Below, in pieces: positions 53,189-63,752 of a DNA stretch of 64,000 nt. The number at the start of each line of letters is the position of its first letter. Position 1 is the first letter of the stretch. The position numbers and the translations under genes were made by a program. The stretch comes from Gammaproteobacteria bacterium (GTDB lineage: Bacteria > Pseudomonadota > Gammaproteobacteria > Poriferisulfidales > GCA-002705445): assembly GCA_029268385.1 (NCBI GenBank), contig JAQWPG010000009.1, positions 6,077 through 70,076 of the forward strand, written 5' to 3'. Below the pieces are notes generated by a model, which did no database searches, had not been told where the DNA came from, and saw only the letters and a program-made list of their open reading frames with translations.

Positions 53189-53707
53189 ATGCATTGTCCA
53201 TTTTGCAATTTTCGTGATACAAAAGTAGTTGACTCGAGGCTTGCTGTAAATAATTCTTGTGTAAAAAGAAGAAGGGAATGTGTTAGTTGCGGACATCGTT
53301 GGTCTACTATGGAAACCGCCGATTTAAATTTACCTAGAGTTGTTAAAAAAGATAACTCTAGGGAAGATTTTTCAGAAAGCAAAATTGAGAGAGGAATAAT
53401 AAGAGCGTTAAATAAAAGATCAGTCGATAAAGACTCTATTGATATAGCAATTCAAAATATAAAAAACAAGTTAAAAGCTATCACGGATAAAGAAATAATA
53501 TCTTCACAAATAGGTATATTAGTTATGCAGGAACTTAGAGAATTAGATCAAGTGGCTTATATTAGATTTGCATCTGTATATCATAGCTTTGAAGATCTCC
53601 AAGCATTCCAAGATATAATAAGAATTATAGAAAAAGACCTAACTCCAGAAATGATTAAGACGCAGCTCAAATTAATCGATGACGAAAAAATAAATAACAA
53701 AAAGTAA
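53189..53707 (+). CDS. nrdR: Transcriptional repressor NrdR
   Basis: 172 aa. MHCPFCNFRDTKVVDSR...CVSCGHRW is the zinc ribbon, followed by an ATP-cone. Confidence 0.9.
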   Translation: MHCPFCNFRDTKVVDSRLAVNNSCVKRRRECVSCGHRWSTMETADLNLPRVVKKDNSREDFSESKIERGIIRALNKRSVDKDSIDIAIQNIKNKLKAITDKEIISSQIGILVMQELRELDQVAYIRFASVYHSFEDLQAFQDIIRIIEKDLTPEMIKTQLKLIDDEKINNKK

Positions 53708-54798
53708 TGAAGCCAAAAATTCATTTTATGGAACGTGCCATTGAATTAGCAAAAAAAGGTATGTTTACAGTTACACCAAATCCAATGGTAGGATGTATAA
53801 TTACTCAAGGGGAAAAAATATTAAGTGAAGGGTATCACTCAAAGGCTGGTACAGACCATGCAGAAATTGTAGCCTTAAAAAATCTAACAAAAAAAGTTAA
53901 TAGTAAAATGGTTATGTATGTAAATTTAGAACCATGTTGCCATCAAGGTAAAACAGGACCATGCTCAAACGCAATAATAGACTCCGGTATTAAAAACGTT
54001 GTTGTATCAATGTTAGATCCAAATCCAGTAGTAAAGGGCAAAGGTGTTAAGGCGCTTAGATCAAAAGGTATTAATGTAGATGTCGGTTTGTGTAAGAATA
54101 AATCGAAATATATTAACAAGGGATTTATCTCAAGAGTCACAAAAAAAATTCCAAATATTCTTATGAAGCAAGCAATTAGTATTGACTTTAAAATTACTGA
54201 TCCAAAAAATAAATGGATAAGTAATAAAGAATCAAGAAAAGATGTTCAGTTTATTAGAGCAAAATCTTGTGCAATATTAGTTGGGTCTAATACTATAATT
54301 AAAGATAATCCAAAATTAACAGTAAGATTAAGTAAAAAAGAACTAGGTACTGTCGAAAAAAGAAGAAATCCAATGAAAGTTGTTTTAGACACAAATTTGG
54401 ATTTAGATATTAATAAGTATAATTTTTTTGATGGTAGAGAGAAAAAAATTGTTTTTAACTCTATGTCTACAATATATGATACAGATAAAAATATTGATTA
54501 TATAAAAGTTAAAAAAAATAAATCGGGTCTTAAATTGGATTCTATATTTAATATATTGGCGGAAAAATATGAGATTAATAATTTAATGATCGAGCCCGGA
54601 AGAAAACTATCCACCATATTGTTATCTGAAAATTTATTAAATGATCTTGTATTATATGTATGTCCAAAAATCATTGGCAAATATGGATTATCAGCATCTT
54701 CATCGGTAAATAATTTAAGCAGTAGTGTTATAAAGATTGACTCTATCAAGAAATTCTCTAATGATGTTAGAATACATTATAAATTTTTGAGAAAATAA
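53707..54798 (+). CDS. ribD: Bifunctional riboflavin biosynthesis deaminase/reductase
   Basis: 363 aa with a CMP/dCMP deaminase zinc motif (HAEIVAL...PCCHQGKTGPC) and a reductase C-terminus. Confidence 0.9.
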   Translation: MKPKIHFMERAIELAKKGMFTVTPNPMVGCIITQGEKILSEGYHSKAGTDHAEIVALKNLTKKVNSKMVMYVNLEPCCHQGKTGPCSNAIIDSGIKNVVVSMLDPNPVVKGKGVKALRSKGINVDVGLCKNKSKYINKGFISRVTKKIPNILMKQAISIDFKITDPKNKWISNKESRKDVQFIRAKSCAILVGSNTIIKDNPKLTVRLSKKELGTVEKRRNPMKVVLDTNLDLDINKYNFFDGREKKIVFNSMSTIYDTDKNIDYIKVKKNKSGLKLDSIFNILAEKYEINNLMIEPGRKLSTILLSENLLNDLVLYVCPKIIGKYGLSASSSVNNLSSSVIKIDSIKKFSNDVRIHYKFLRK

Positions 54799-55397
54799 TG
54801 TTTACTGGATTAATAGAAAAAATAGGAGAAGTGAAGTCTATAAATAGTCATCACGGAGATATTCAGGCAATATTATCTATAGATAACGATCTTGCATTAA
54901 CGATCAAAGAAGGTGATAGTTTGTCTGTAAATGGAGTATGTTTAACCGCATATAATGTTAATAAAGATAATTTTTCAGTAGATATATCAAATGAGACTCT
55001 AGATACATCTAGTCTTACACAGTTGAATACCGGCTATAAAGTTAATATTGAGACATCATTAAGCCTTCAAGATAAACTTGGTGGTCATTTAGTTAGCGGC
55101 CATGTAGACTGTATTGCTCAAGTAATAGAGTTATACGAAGACGCCAGATCTTATAGGCTTGGTTTTAAATTAGGCAATAATGAACTTTCTAAGTATATTG
55201 TAAAAAAAGGATCTATATGTGTAGATGGTGTAAGCTTGACGGTTAACAAAGAATCTAAAGATAGTTTTTTTGTAAATATCATACCTTTTACATGGAATAA
55301 TACCATTATGAAGTTTTATAAATTAGAGACTGTTGTTAATATCGAGGTTGATAGAATAGCACTTCATGTTGAAAAATTGTTAAATAACAAAGGTTAA
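54798..55397 (+). CDS. ribE: Riboflavin synthase
   Basis: 199 aa with a duplicated MFTGLI.../...GDSL..NGVCLT lumazine-binding repeat. Confidence 0.85.
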   Translation: MFTGLIEKIGEVKSINSHHGDIQAILSIDNDLALTIKEGDSLSVNGVCLTAYNVNKDNFSVDISNETLDTSSLTQLNTGYKVNIETSLSLQDKLGGHLVSGHVDCIAQVIELYEDARSYRLGFKLGNNELSKYIVKKGSICVDGVSLTVNKESKDSFFVNIIPFTWNNTIMKFYKLETVVNIEVDRIALHVEKLLNNKG

Positions 55398-55405
55398 AGA
55401 AATTA

Positions 55406-56494
55406 ATGTTATCGAATACAGAAGAAATTCTTGAGGAGCTAAAACAAGGGAAAATGGTTTTAATCGTAGATGATGAGAGCCGGGAAAATGAAGGTGATTT
55501 TATAATGGCCGCATCTAAAGTTACTCCAGAAGATATTAATTTCATGAGCAAGTATGCAAGAGGATTAATCTGTTTAACTTTAACCAGAGAAAGATGTAAG
55601 CAAATAAATTTACCATTAATGAAGAATGACACAGATTCAAATCATGAAACCAATTTTACTATTTCCATAGAGGCGTCAGAAGGTGTTACTACAGGTATAT
55701 CTGCATACGATAGAGCCCATACAATCCGAACCGCTGTAATGCCAGATGCGACACCGAGTGATATTTCTAGACCGGGTCATATATTCCCTCTTATGTCTCA
55801 ACCAGGTGGAGTTTTAACAAGAGCCGGCCACACAGAAGCAGGATGTGATCTTGCAAGAATTGCTGGCTTCGAACCAGCTGCTGTAATAGTGGAGATCATG
55901 AGCGAAGATGGCACAATGGCTAGGTTGCCAGAACTTAAAAAGATTGCAAAAGAACATAATATTAAAATTGGAACTATAGAAGACTTAATAAAATATAGAA
56001 CGAAACATGAAAAGACTGTAATTAGAAGAAATGAGACAATAATAAATACAGAATTTGGCGAGTTTAATCTAGTTTCTTACGAAGACTTATTGTCAGACAC
56101 AGCGCATATCGCTCTAGTTAAGGGAGATATAAAAGGAAATAAATCCACTTTTGTTAGAGTGCATATTCAAAATACTATTAAAGATATTTTAAATTCATCG
56201 CATCATTCTGGATGGCCACTAAAAAATGCTATGCAAAGAGTAAATAAAGAAGGAAATGGTGTAATATTGATATTGAGATGGAACGAATCAGTTAGCGACA
56301 TAACAAAAGATATTGATAAAATTAGAGGTTTGAACGAAGAATTTTCTCAAGATTTTGATAGGAGAACTTTAGGTGTAGGTGGACAGATATTATCAGATCT
56401 AGGTGTGACTAAAATGAAGTTATTGAGTTCCCCAAAGACTTTTTATGGGCTCGGTGGATATGGCTTAGAAATTGATGAATATATAACGGAATAG
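55406..56494 (+). CDS. ribBA: Bifunctional DHBP synthase / GTP cyclohydrolase II
   Basis: 362 aa. ...[16 protein letters not shown]...[16 protein letters not shown]... is the RibB part, followed by a C-terminal cyclohydrolase-like region. Confidence 0.9.
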   Translation: MLSNTEEILEELKQGKMVLIVDDESRENEGDFIMAASKVTPEDINFMSKYARGLICLTLTRERCKQINLPLMKNDTDSNHETNFTISIEASEGVTTGISAYDRAHTIRTAVMPDATPSDISRPGHIFPLMSQPGGVLTRAGHTEAGCDLARIAGFEPAAVIVEIMSEDGTMARLPELKKIAKEHNIKIGTIEDLIKYRTKHEKTVIRRNETIINTEFGEFNLVSYEDLLSDTAHIALVKGDIKGNKSTFVRVHIQNTIKDILNSSHHSGWPLKNAMQRVNKEGNGVILILRWNESVSDITKDIDKIRGLNEEFSQDFDRRTLGVGGQILSDLGVTKMKLLSSPKTFYGLGGYGLEIDEYITE

Positions 56495-56496
56495 TA

Positions 56497-56961
56497 ATGA
56501 ATAAAGAAAGATATAATATTTTTGTAATTAGTTCAGATTTTAACAATGATATTGTTGAAAATTTATTTTTAGGTGTTAATAAATGTTTTAAAGACAAAAA
56601 ATTTTCTGGAAACATAATACGTGTTAATGTTCCAGGTGCTTTTGAATTACCTTATATGGCAAAACAGATAGTAGAGTCTAAAAATGAAAATGTTGATTGT
56701 ATTATAACTTTAGGGTGTGTAATAAAAGGGGAAACAGCACATTTTGAATATATATCAAACGCATGTACGCAATCACTAGCTAATTTAACTATACAAAGTA
56801 ATGTGCCCATTATGTTTGGTGTCATAACAGCATACAATAAAGAACAGGCTATTAAAAGATCGGGAACAGATTTTGAAGAAGAGACTAATTATAACATTGG
56901 TTACAATGTTGCTAGTGCAGCAATAAAAACAATAATATCAAAAGAAAAAAATAATCTGTAA
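56497..56961 (+). CDS. ribH: 6,7-dimethyl-8-ribityllumazine synthase
   Basis: 154 aa in the canonical position with a lumazine synthase fold pattern. Confidence 0.9.
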   Translation: MNKERYNIFVISSDFNNDIVENLFLGVNKCFKDKKFSGNIIRVNVPGAFELPYMAKQIVESKNENVDCIITLGCVIKGETAHFEYISNACTQSLANLTIQSNVPIMFGVITAYNKEQAIKRSGTDFEEETNYNIGYNVASAAIKTIISKEKNNL

Positions 56962-56963
56962 TA

Positions 56964-57404
56964 ATGAATATAAATAATGCTATGCGTAATAATAATCGCA
57001 ACATTTGGTCACGCAGATTAGCTGTTCAGGCAATTTACTCTTGGACAATTAATAATTGTGAGTTTAACAATCTTTATAGTATTTTTAAAGATGATGAAAA
57101 TTTTAACAAATCTGACAATGATTACTTTAAAGATATTGTATCTGGCGTAATTGATAATATTACCAGTATTGATAATTATATATCTGATTTATCAGAAACA
57201 GATATTAATATGATTAATTATGTGGAGCTAAGTATAATAAGATGCTTTATATACGAGCTTGGATTCAGTAAAAAATTTCCAAATGAAGTGCTTTTAGCTG
57301 AATCTGTTAAATTAGCAAATAAATTTGGGGGCCAGGATAGCTATAAATTTATTAATGCGTTTCTTGAGAAATATATCAAAACTATTCCTAATGAAAATAA
57401 GTGA
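56964..57404 (+). CDS. nusB: Transcription antitermination factor NusB
   Basis: 146 aa. ...RRLAVQAIYSW... is the N-terminus, and the gene lies after ribH as in most gammaproteobacteria. Confidence 0.85.
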   Translation: MNINNAMRNNNRNIWSRRLAVQAIYSWTINNCEFNNLYSIFKDDENFNKSDNDYFKDIVSGVIDNITSIDNYISDLSETDINMINYVELSIIRCFIYELGFSKKFPNEVLLAESVKLANKFGGQDSYKFINAFLEKYIKTIPNENK

Positions 57405-58317
57405 AAAAGATATAATTGAGATAATTTCTAAAAATAATAATTTCAGAGAAGAGATTCTTGTAGAAATAGGTCAAGATGCCAGTGTAATATTTCCAAAACA
57501 AGATTCATATATTATTACAACAACAGACACAATGGTTTTAAATACACATTTCGAATCAAATATTAAGCCATATGATCTAGGTTACATTGCAGCCGCATCA
57601 AATATTAGCGATCTTTCAGCTATGGGAGCGCATCCCGCATTCGCACTCATTAATCTCACCATTGAAAATCCAACAAAAGAATACATAGAAAATATTGTTG
57701 ATGGATACAACAGCGTTTTTAAAAATTATCCTGTCTCAATAATAGGAGGTGACACTACATTTGGCCCAACTAGCTTAACAATGACATTGATAGGATACTC
57801 TAACGATGATAATTTTATGCCAACTTCCAATGCAAAAGTAGGGGACATAATATTGGTATCTGGATATATTGGCGAGAGCTTGGCGTTAAAGAAAGAAAAA
57901 AAATACAACCTACCCATTTGCAGAAATGAGCTGGGAAAAATTCTCCCTGAGTACGCAAATTGTTGTACAGATATGTCAGACGGAATATTCGCTTCGCTAA
58001 ATTCAATAATGGAAAAGAGTGCTATAGGAATAGATATTCAAGTTGAAAATATACCAATTAGTAATAATGTAAAAAATTTGCTAAATAATAATAGTATAAC
58101 ATGGGAAGATATTTTAAGTTATGGAGAGGATTACGAACTCATTTTTACTATAAATGAAGAAAAGATAAATATTTTTAAATCGTTATGTAAAAATATTGGT
58201 ATAGATATTTATGAGATTGGAAAAATAAGAAAACATAAAAAAATAAATATAAATCTTAATAATAAATTAATGAACATTAATACAAAAAAGAAATTTGAGC
58301 ATTTTAGAAATGATTAA
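57391..58317 (+). CDS. thiL: Thiamine-monophosphate kinase
   Basis: ATG at 57391 overlapping the nusB stop. AIR-synthase-related fold (...DLSAMGA.P...GGDTT...). Confidence 0.85.
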   Translation: MKISEKDIIEIISKNNNFREEILVEIGQDASVIFPKQDSYIITTTDTMVLNTHFESNIKPYDLGYIAAASNISDLSAMGAHPAFALINLTIENPTKEYIENIVDGYNSVFKNYPVSIIGGDTTFGPTSLTMTLIGYSNDDNFMPTSNAKVGDIILVSGYIGESLALKKEKKYNLPICRNELGKILPEYANCCTDMSDGIFASLNSIMEKSAIGIDIQVENIPISNNVKNLLNNNSITWEDILSYGEDYELIFTINEEKINIFKSLCKNIGIDIYEIGKIRKHKKININLNNKLMNINTKKKFEHFRND

Positions 58318-58768
58318 CAAGCTTGTTAAATTTATCTTAACCGGATTTTATTTTGGCAATGTAAAATTCATGCCGGGGACATTAGGTACAGTGCCCGCAG
58401 TAATCATATATTATTTTATATCTTGTAATAATATATTTAATAATATTATTTTAATTTTAATCTTATTTATAGTTTCTATAATTTTATTAAATTATTCATA
58501 CAAAAATTCTTTATTTTCTGAGATAGATGATAAGTCCATAGTTATAGATGAAATTATAGGATACTTATCTTTTATGATTTTTTTTGAAAATAATTTTTAT
58601 AATATTATTATTGGTTTTATTATTTTTAGATTATTTGATATTTTAAAGCCTTTCCCTATAAATATTGTTGATAAGAAAATTAAAAATAGTTTTGGTGTTA
58701 TTTTTGATGATTTATTAGCAGGCATATACTCTGGCGTAACGTTATATTCGATTAATTATGTTCTTTAG
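58295..58768 (+). CDS. pgpA: Phosphatidylglycerophosphatase A
   Basis: 157 aa. ...GFYFGNVKFMPGTLGTVPA... is the PgpA signature. It overlaps the thiL end. Confidence 0.8.
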   Translation: MSILEMINKLVKFILTGFYFGNVKFMPGTLGTVPAVIIYYFISCNNIFNNIILILILFIVSIILLNYSYKNSLFSEIDDKSIVIDEIIGYLSFMIFFENNFYNIIIGFIIFRLFDILKPFPINIVDKKIKNSFGVIFDDLLAGIYSGVTLYSINYVL

Positions 58769-59642
58769 CGATGTTTTCTTTAAATGGTTTTATTTTGTTT
58801 TATTAGTTGCTTTCTTTGGAAGCGCTTTTATGCTTATTGAAATTTCCTTAAAATCTTTCACTCCACACTTAATTGCTTTTATTAGGGTTACCATTGCTGC
58901 CTTGATACTTTTTATATATTCTATGATATTAAATAAATCCTATTCTTTCATAAGAGAAAATTTTGTTTTGCTTTTTATACTGGGCTTAACTGGTACGTCT
59001 ATACCATTTTACCTTATTAGCTGGGCTCAAATTACTATAAATAGCGGTGAAACAGGAATTCTTATAGGATTTATGCCATTATTTACTATAATTGGATCAC
59101 ATTATTTATTTAAATATGAGAAATTAAATACAGTAAAAGTTTTTGGTTTTATATTAGGCTTTATTGGTTTATTTATACTTTTAATAAATAATCAGAGTAG
59201 TGAAACATTAAGCGGTAATATAATTGCAAAAATTGCAGTTATACTTGGTGCTTTTTTCTATGCTTTAAATGCATTACTAGTTAAAAAAATTAATAATGTT
59301 GATGTTTTAGCATTATCTGCGACTGTAATGGCTTTTTCAGCTCTGCAACTATTTGTTTTGTGTATATTTACATATGAAAAAGCATTTTTTATAGAGTCTA
59401 TATATATAGACTCTATAATCGCATTATTATTTATGTCAATATTTTCTACCGCAATTGCAACCGTTATATACTACAAAATTATTCATGATTATGGTCCTAA
59501 TTTTTTAAGTTTAGTTAATTATCCAATTCCAGTATTCGCTTTTTTTATCGGAGTTATTTTTTTAGGTGAAGAAATTAATATTTATACAATACTATCTTTA
59601 CTTTTAGTTATTGCAGCTATTTATATATCTCAAAAAAAATAG
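58758..59642 (+). CDS. EamA/DMT-family transporter
   Basis: 294 aa with 10 TM helices in two EamA repeats. Confidence 0.7.
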   Translation: MFFSDVFFKWFYFVLLVAFFGSAFMLIEISLKSFTPHLIAFIRVTIAALILFIYSMILNKSYSFIRENFVLLFILGLTGTSIPFYLISWAQITINSGETGILIGFMPLFTIIGSHYLFKYEKLNTVKVFGFILGFIGLFILLINNQSSETLSGNIIAKIAVILGAFFYALNALLVKKINNVDVLALSATVMAFSALQLFVLCIFTYEKAFFIESIYIDSIIALLFMSIFSTAIATVIYYKIIHDYGPNFLSLVNYPIPVFAFFIGVIFLGEEINIYTILSLLLVIAAIYISQKK

Positions 59643-59643
59643 T

Positions 59644-60297
59644 CTATTTTAGTTTTAAAAATAAGCTAAAATTATTGCTAATAGCATTTATTACTAGGTT
59701 ATTTTTTTTATCAATATATGCCATTCCTGAGTAGGTGCCGTCTGAAATTCCACATGAAGCTATATCAAAATCAATACCATAAATTTCCTCATTTAATATT
59801 TGTAGTTTTCCATAATAATTACAATTATTGCTATCTTTACCTGAAATTAAAAAATCTTTTATAATTAATGTATGTAAAATTTTATTTTCAATAGAAACCC
59901 ATGGTTTATTAATTATCTTCTTGGTACCCGATGCTACATTACTCTTATCTTTTATCAAATATATATTTCCATAGTCTTTTGCTGGTTCGGTTACCCATTT
60001 GCCACTCATTATATTTCCATCAATTATTTTTCCAGTTATTTCTGCTGTTCCAAATTTATTGCCATCCTTGAGATACATTGAGAGATTCCACTTAAATTTA
60101 TTTTTATAAGTTGTTATTTTGCCTTTGTATACTACTTTAGCCTTTTCAGTATATGCCGTTGCCATTTGATCTGAAATTAGGCCTGTGAAATCATATTTAC
60201 CATGTCCGTTAATATCAAATATGCCAGTCCAAATCCCATCATTTGATAAAACTTGGGTTGTTAAAGCAAAAAGAATAATTAGTTTTATAACTTTCAT
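59644..60297 (-). CDS. Hypothetical secreted protein (217 aa)
   Basis: Signal peptide MKVIKLIILFALTTQVLS. Gly/Lys/Tyr-rich, probably beta-rich. No family I can assign. Confidence 0.4.
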   Translation of the reverse strand: MKVIKLIILFALTTQVLSNDGIWTGIFDINGHGKYDFTGLISDQMATAYTEKAKVVYKGKITTYKNKFKWNLSMYLKDGNKFGTAEITGKIIDGNIMSGKWVTEPAKDYGNIYLIKDKSNVASGTKKIINKPWVSIENKILHTLIIKDFLISGKDSNNCNYYGKLQILNEEIYGIDFDIASCGISDGTYSGMAYIDKKNNLVINAISNNFSLFLKLK

Positions 60298-60411
60298 CTT
60301 ATATATATCTAGTGTTTACTTTTTAAAACTCTAACATCCTTTTTTAATAAATGTTAATATATTATTCAAATGATTGATCCGTAGCTTTTTGAGTCTATGG
60401 CTCATAAAATC

Positions 60412-60484
60412 GGGGCTATAGCTCAGCTGGTAGAGCATTTGCATGGCATGCAAAGGGTCGGCGGTTCGAGACCGCCTAGCTCCA
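60412..60484 (+). tRNA. tRNA-Ala (anticodon GGC)
   Basis: GGGGCTATAGCTCAGCTGGTAGAGC... with anticodon loop ATGGCAT and T-arm GGTTCGAGACC. The G3:U70 pair characteristic of tRNA-Ala is present. CCA is not encoded. Confidence 0.85.
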
Positions 60485-60501
60485 CAATTTAATTAATTAA
60501 G

Positions 60502-61512
60502 ATGAATATAACAGATAAATTTTCACGAAAATTAAGAGACGTTAGAATATCAGTTACAGACAGGTGTAATTTTAGGTGTTCTTATTGCATGCCTAAAGAT
60601 ATTTACGATTCTAATTACAAGTTTTTTAAAAAAACTGAAATCTTAAGCTTTGAAGAAATTATTAGGCTTACTAAAATTCTTGCTGATCTAGGAGTCAAAA
60701 AAGTACGACTTACAGGCGGTGAGCCGCTATTAAGAAAAAATATTCATGTGTTAATAAGTCATATCAAAAATATCAAGGGTATTGCAGATATAAGTATGAC
60801 AACAAATGGTGTATTGTTATCTGAAAAGAAAGCCTTTTTGTTAAAAGAATCAGGCTTAAATAGATTAACTGTTAGTCTTGATTCGTTAGATAAAGGCAGA
60901 TTCCGTGAAATAAGCGGAAGTAATTATGTTCCCGATGATGTGTTAATAGGAATTGAAAATGCAAAAAAAGCTGGGTTCCATAATATTAAAATTAATATGG
61001 TTGTTAAGAAAAATGTAAATAATCAAGATATAATACCAATGTTAGAAAATTTTTATGGGTCAGATTGTATAGTTAGGTTTATAGAGTTCATGGATGTTGG
61101 TAACGTAAATTTTTGGAATAAGAATGAAGTTATTTCATTAGAAAATATTTTAAGTGTGATTTCAAAAAAATATAATATAAAAAGCTTAAAAAAAAATTAC
61201 ACTAGTGAAGTTGCAAAAAGATGGTCTTTTAGTGGCGGTGAATTTGGAGTTATAAGTTCAATCTCTAATCCATTCTGTGGAGACTGCTCAAGAATTAGGT
61301 TAACAGCAGAAGGTAAGTTATTTACATGCTTGTTTGCAGAAAAGTCACATGATATTAAAAGTTTAATAAGATCATCCAAATCTGATGTCGAAATAAAAAA
61401 TTATTTAACAAGTATGTGGTCTGCAAGAGATGATAGGTATTCTGAAACGAGAACTACAAGCGTGGATAGTAAAATTATCAAGAAAGCGGAAATGTCATAT
61501 ATAGGTGGCTAG
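60502..61512 (+). CDS. moaA: GTP 3',8-cyclase (molybdenum cofactor biosynthesis protein A)
   Basis: 336 aa. ...DRCNFRCSYCMP... is the radical-SAM cluster motif, and a C-terminal second Cys cluster (CGDCSRIRLTAEGKLFTC) is present. Confidence 0.9.
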   Translation: MNITDKFSRKLRDVRISVTDRCNFRCSYCMPKDIYDSNYKFFKKTEILSFEEIIRLTKILADLGVKKVRLTGGEPLLRKNIHVLISHIKNIKGIADISMTTNGVLLSEKKAFLLKESGLNRLTVSLDSLDKGRFREISGSNYVPDDVLIGIENAKKAGFHNIKINMVVKKNVNNQDIIPMLENFYGSDCIVRFIEFMDVGNVNFWNKNEVISLENILSVISKKYNIKSLKKNYTSEVAKRWSFSGGEFGVISSISNPFCGDCSRIRLTAEGKLFTCLFAEKSHDIKSLIRSSKSDVEIKNYLTSMWSARDDRYSETRTTSVDSKIIKKAEMSYIGG

Positions 61513-62018
61513 TCATTTAATCTCGGTATTAATTCTACAAGATTGCATGGTTTATTATCTGAATTAAGCTGGTGTTGAATTATGTCTGTCCAAGCATCTT
61601 TACAGGCGCCAGGAGAACCTGGTAAACAAAAAATGTAAGTAGAATTTGCAACACCTGCAATAGCTCTTGATTGTATAGTAGATGTTTTAATTTTCTTGTA
61701 GGATAAATATCTAAAAATTTCTCCAAAGCCATCAATTTTTTTATCTAAAAGAACATTAACAGCCTCTGGTGTACCGTCTCTTCCAGTAACCCCTGTACCT
61801 CCAGTTGAAACTATAACGTCAATATCTTTACTATCAATCCATTTAGATATTATATTTCTTATGGAATATATATTGTCTTTTACAATAGAACGTTCAATTA
61901 TAGAATGGCATGACTCATCTATTAACTTGTATAACATGTCACCAGATTTGTCAGAATCTAAAGTCCTAGTATCCGAAATTGTTAAAATAGCAATATTTAA
62001 TTTAATTTTTTCACTCAT
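61509..62018 (-). CDS. mog: Molybdopterin adenylyltransferase / MoaB-MogA family
   Basis: 169 aa. ...IAILTISDTR...VIVSTGGTGVTGRD... is the MogA/MoaB fold. Confidence 0.8.
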   Translation of the reverse strand: MSEKIKLNIAILTISDTRTLDSDKSGDMLYKLIDESCHSIIERSIVKDNIYSIRNIISKWIDSKDIDVIVSTGGTGVTGRDGTPEAVNVLLDKKIDGFGEIFRYLSYKKIKTSTIQSRAIAGVANSTYIFCLPGSPGACKDAWTDIIQHQLNSDNKPCNLVELIPRLND

Positions 62019-62037
62019 AAAGTGATAATATTATTTA

Positions 62038-62505
62038 TTGAAACAATATACAATAAACAATGAGCATATGGATACTGTAATACTATCTTCAAAAAAAATT
62101 AATTCTTACGAGCTTATAAGTGATTATGAGGGCAATAATTGCGATTTAGCTATATCTGGCGGTCAAAGTATATTTATTGGCTATATGAGAAAAACTAACT
62201 CATGTAGAAACGATATAACATCAATGATATTGGAATTTTATCCTAAAATGACACAGAAGTATCTTGAAAACCTATGCGATAAAGTAAAACATGACTTTTG
62301 TTTAGACAATATTTTAATAGCACATAGGGTGGGGGAGGTTTTCCCTGAAGATTGCCTCGTAATAATAGCATGCTGGTCAAAGCATAGAAAAGAATGTACT
62401 CAAGCAGTTCAAATAATCCTTGAAGATTTGAAACACAATGCGCCGCTTTGGAAAAAAGAATTTTATTCTAATCAAGATTCAAATTGGGTTGAAAAAAATA
62501 CTTAA
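62038..62505 (+). CDS. moaE: Molybdopterin synthase catalytic subunit
   Basis: About 150 aa. ...ILIAHRVGEV.PED..VIIACWSKHRKE...LKHNAPLWKKE is the MoaE signature. The start may be the internal ATG near 62068. Confidence 0.8.
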   Translation: MKQYTINNEHMDTVILSSKKINSYELISDYEGNNCDLAISGGQSIFIGYMRKTNSCRNDITSMILEFYPKMTQKYLENLCDKVKHDFCLDNILIAHRVGEVFPEDCLVIIACWSKHRKECTQAVQIILEDLKHNAPLWKKEFYSNQDSNWVEKNT

Positions 62506-63752
62506 ATATAATTTTTAAATTTTATAACTTTCACAACATCTTCTTTAAAAACCCTACCGCTTTCAATAGGTAGATAGATAAGACAGTTAGCTTTATTCAT
62601 AGAGCTAAGAATCCCCGATCCTTGTTCGCCAACGCTTGTAACAAATTGTTTATTTTTTTTATTAGTTAAAATACCTCTTTGAAATTCAGCTCTCCCTTGT
62701 CTTTTTTTTAGATCACATTCAAGAATTGCTTCATTCATCTTAAGTTCTTGAACAATTCCTTTTAAAGCATTTATAGACGGTAATACAAATAAAAGAAAAG
62801 TTATCATAACCGAAACTGGATTACCTGGTAGACCAAAAAAAATTGTATCTTTTATTTTACCAAAAGCAAGTGGTCTTCCTGGTTTTACAGCCACTTTCCA
62901 AAAATTAATATCACCAAGAGAGTCAACAACATCTTTTATATAATCTGCATCTCCTACAGATACTCCTCCAGTAGAAATAACAATATCGGATTTTTTTATT
63001 GCATCATTAAACTTTTTTTTTATGTCTTTAATACTATCTTTAGCATGCCCCAGATCAATAATATCTATATTATTTTTTGACAACATGCCTTTCAATGTGA
63101 ATCTATTACTATCGTAAACTTTACCCTTGGGAAGTTTTTTATTTACTGGCACTACTTCATCTCCAGAAGTAAAAAAAGAAATTCTTGGATTTTTAAAAAC
63201 TTTTACTTTATGTATCCCTTGAGAGGCTAGTAATCCCATGGAAGAAGAGTTTATAACTTCATATTTCTTTAATAATACTTTGTTAGGTTTTATATCTTCC
63301 CCGGAAAATCTAATATTTTGGTTAATATTAATATTTTTCGAGTGTATTATTATACTTGAGTCTACTTGTTCCACTTCTTCTTTCATGACCACAACATTAC
63401 AGTTTTTTGGTAATACTGCTCCTGTCATAATTTTTACACATTGATTTTTACCTATCTTACCCTTAAAAGGTTTGCCAGCTAATGAAGTTCCAATAACTTT
63501 AAAATTCCTATTATTATTTTTTAAGTATTTAAAATTTATAGCATAGCCATCCATTGCCGAATTATCAAAGTTTGGAACCTCTAATTTAGACTTAATACTT
63601 TCATATAAAATTCGGTTATGAGAATCAATTAGGTTTGTATACTCAAAAGCATTAATTGTTTTTGATAACTTTCTAATTTTCTTAAGAGCATCTTCAATAG
63701 TTATTGAGTTAGGATCATAATCATCCATGCAACTATATATTTTTTTCTTCAT
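62502..63752 (-). CDS. moeA: Molybdopterin molybdenumtransferase
   Basis: 416 aa with the gephyrin-E-like domain order and ...GGVSVGDADY.... Confidence 0.9.
   Translation of the reverse strand: MKKKIYSCMDDYDPNSITIEDALKKIRKLSKTINAFEYTNLIDSHNRILYESIKSKLEVPNFDNSAMDGYAINFKYLKNNNRNFKVIGTSLAGKPFKGKIGKNQCVKIMTGAVLPKNCNVVVMKEEVEQVDSSIIIHSKNININQNIRFSGEDIKPNKVLLKKYEVINSSSMGLLASQGIHKVKVFKNPRISFFTSGDEVVPVNKKLPKGKVYDSNRFTLKGMLSKNNIDIIDLGHAKDSIKDIKKKFNDAIKKSDIVISTGGVSVGDADYIKDVVDSLGDINFWKVAVKPGRPLAFGKIKDTIFFGLPGNPVSVMITFLLFVLPSINALKGIVQELKMNEAILECDLKKRQGRAEFQRGILTNKKNKQFVTSVGEQGSGILSSMNKANCLIYLPIESGRVFKEDVVKVIKFKNYI

Noticed and set aside
60485-60501. Moco riboswitch upstream of moaA
   Set aside because: Only 17 nt separate tRNA-Ala from the moaA start codon, far too short for the roughly 140-nt Moco RNA motif.
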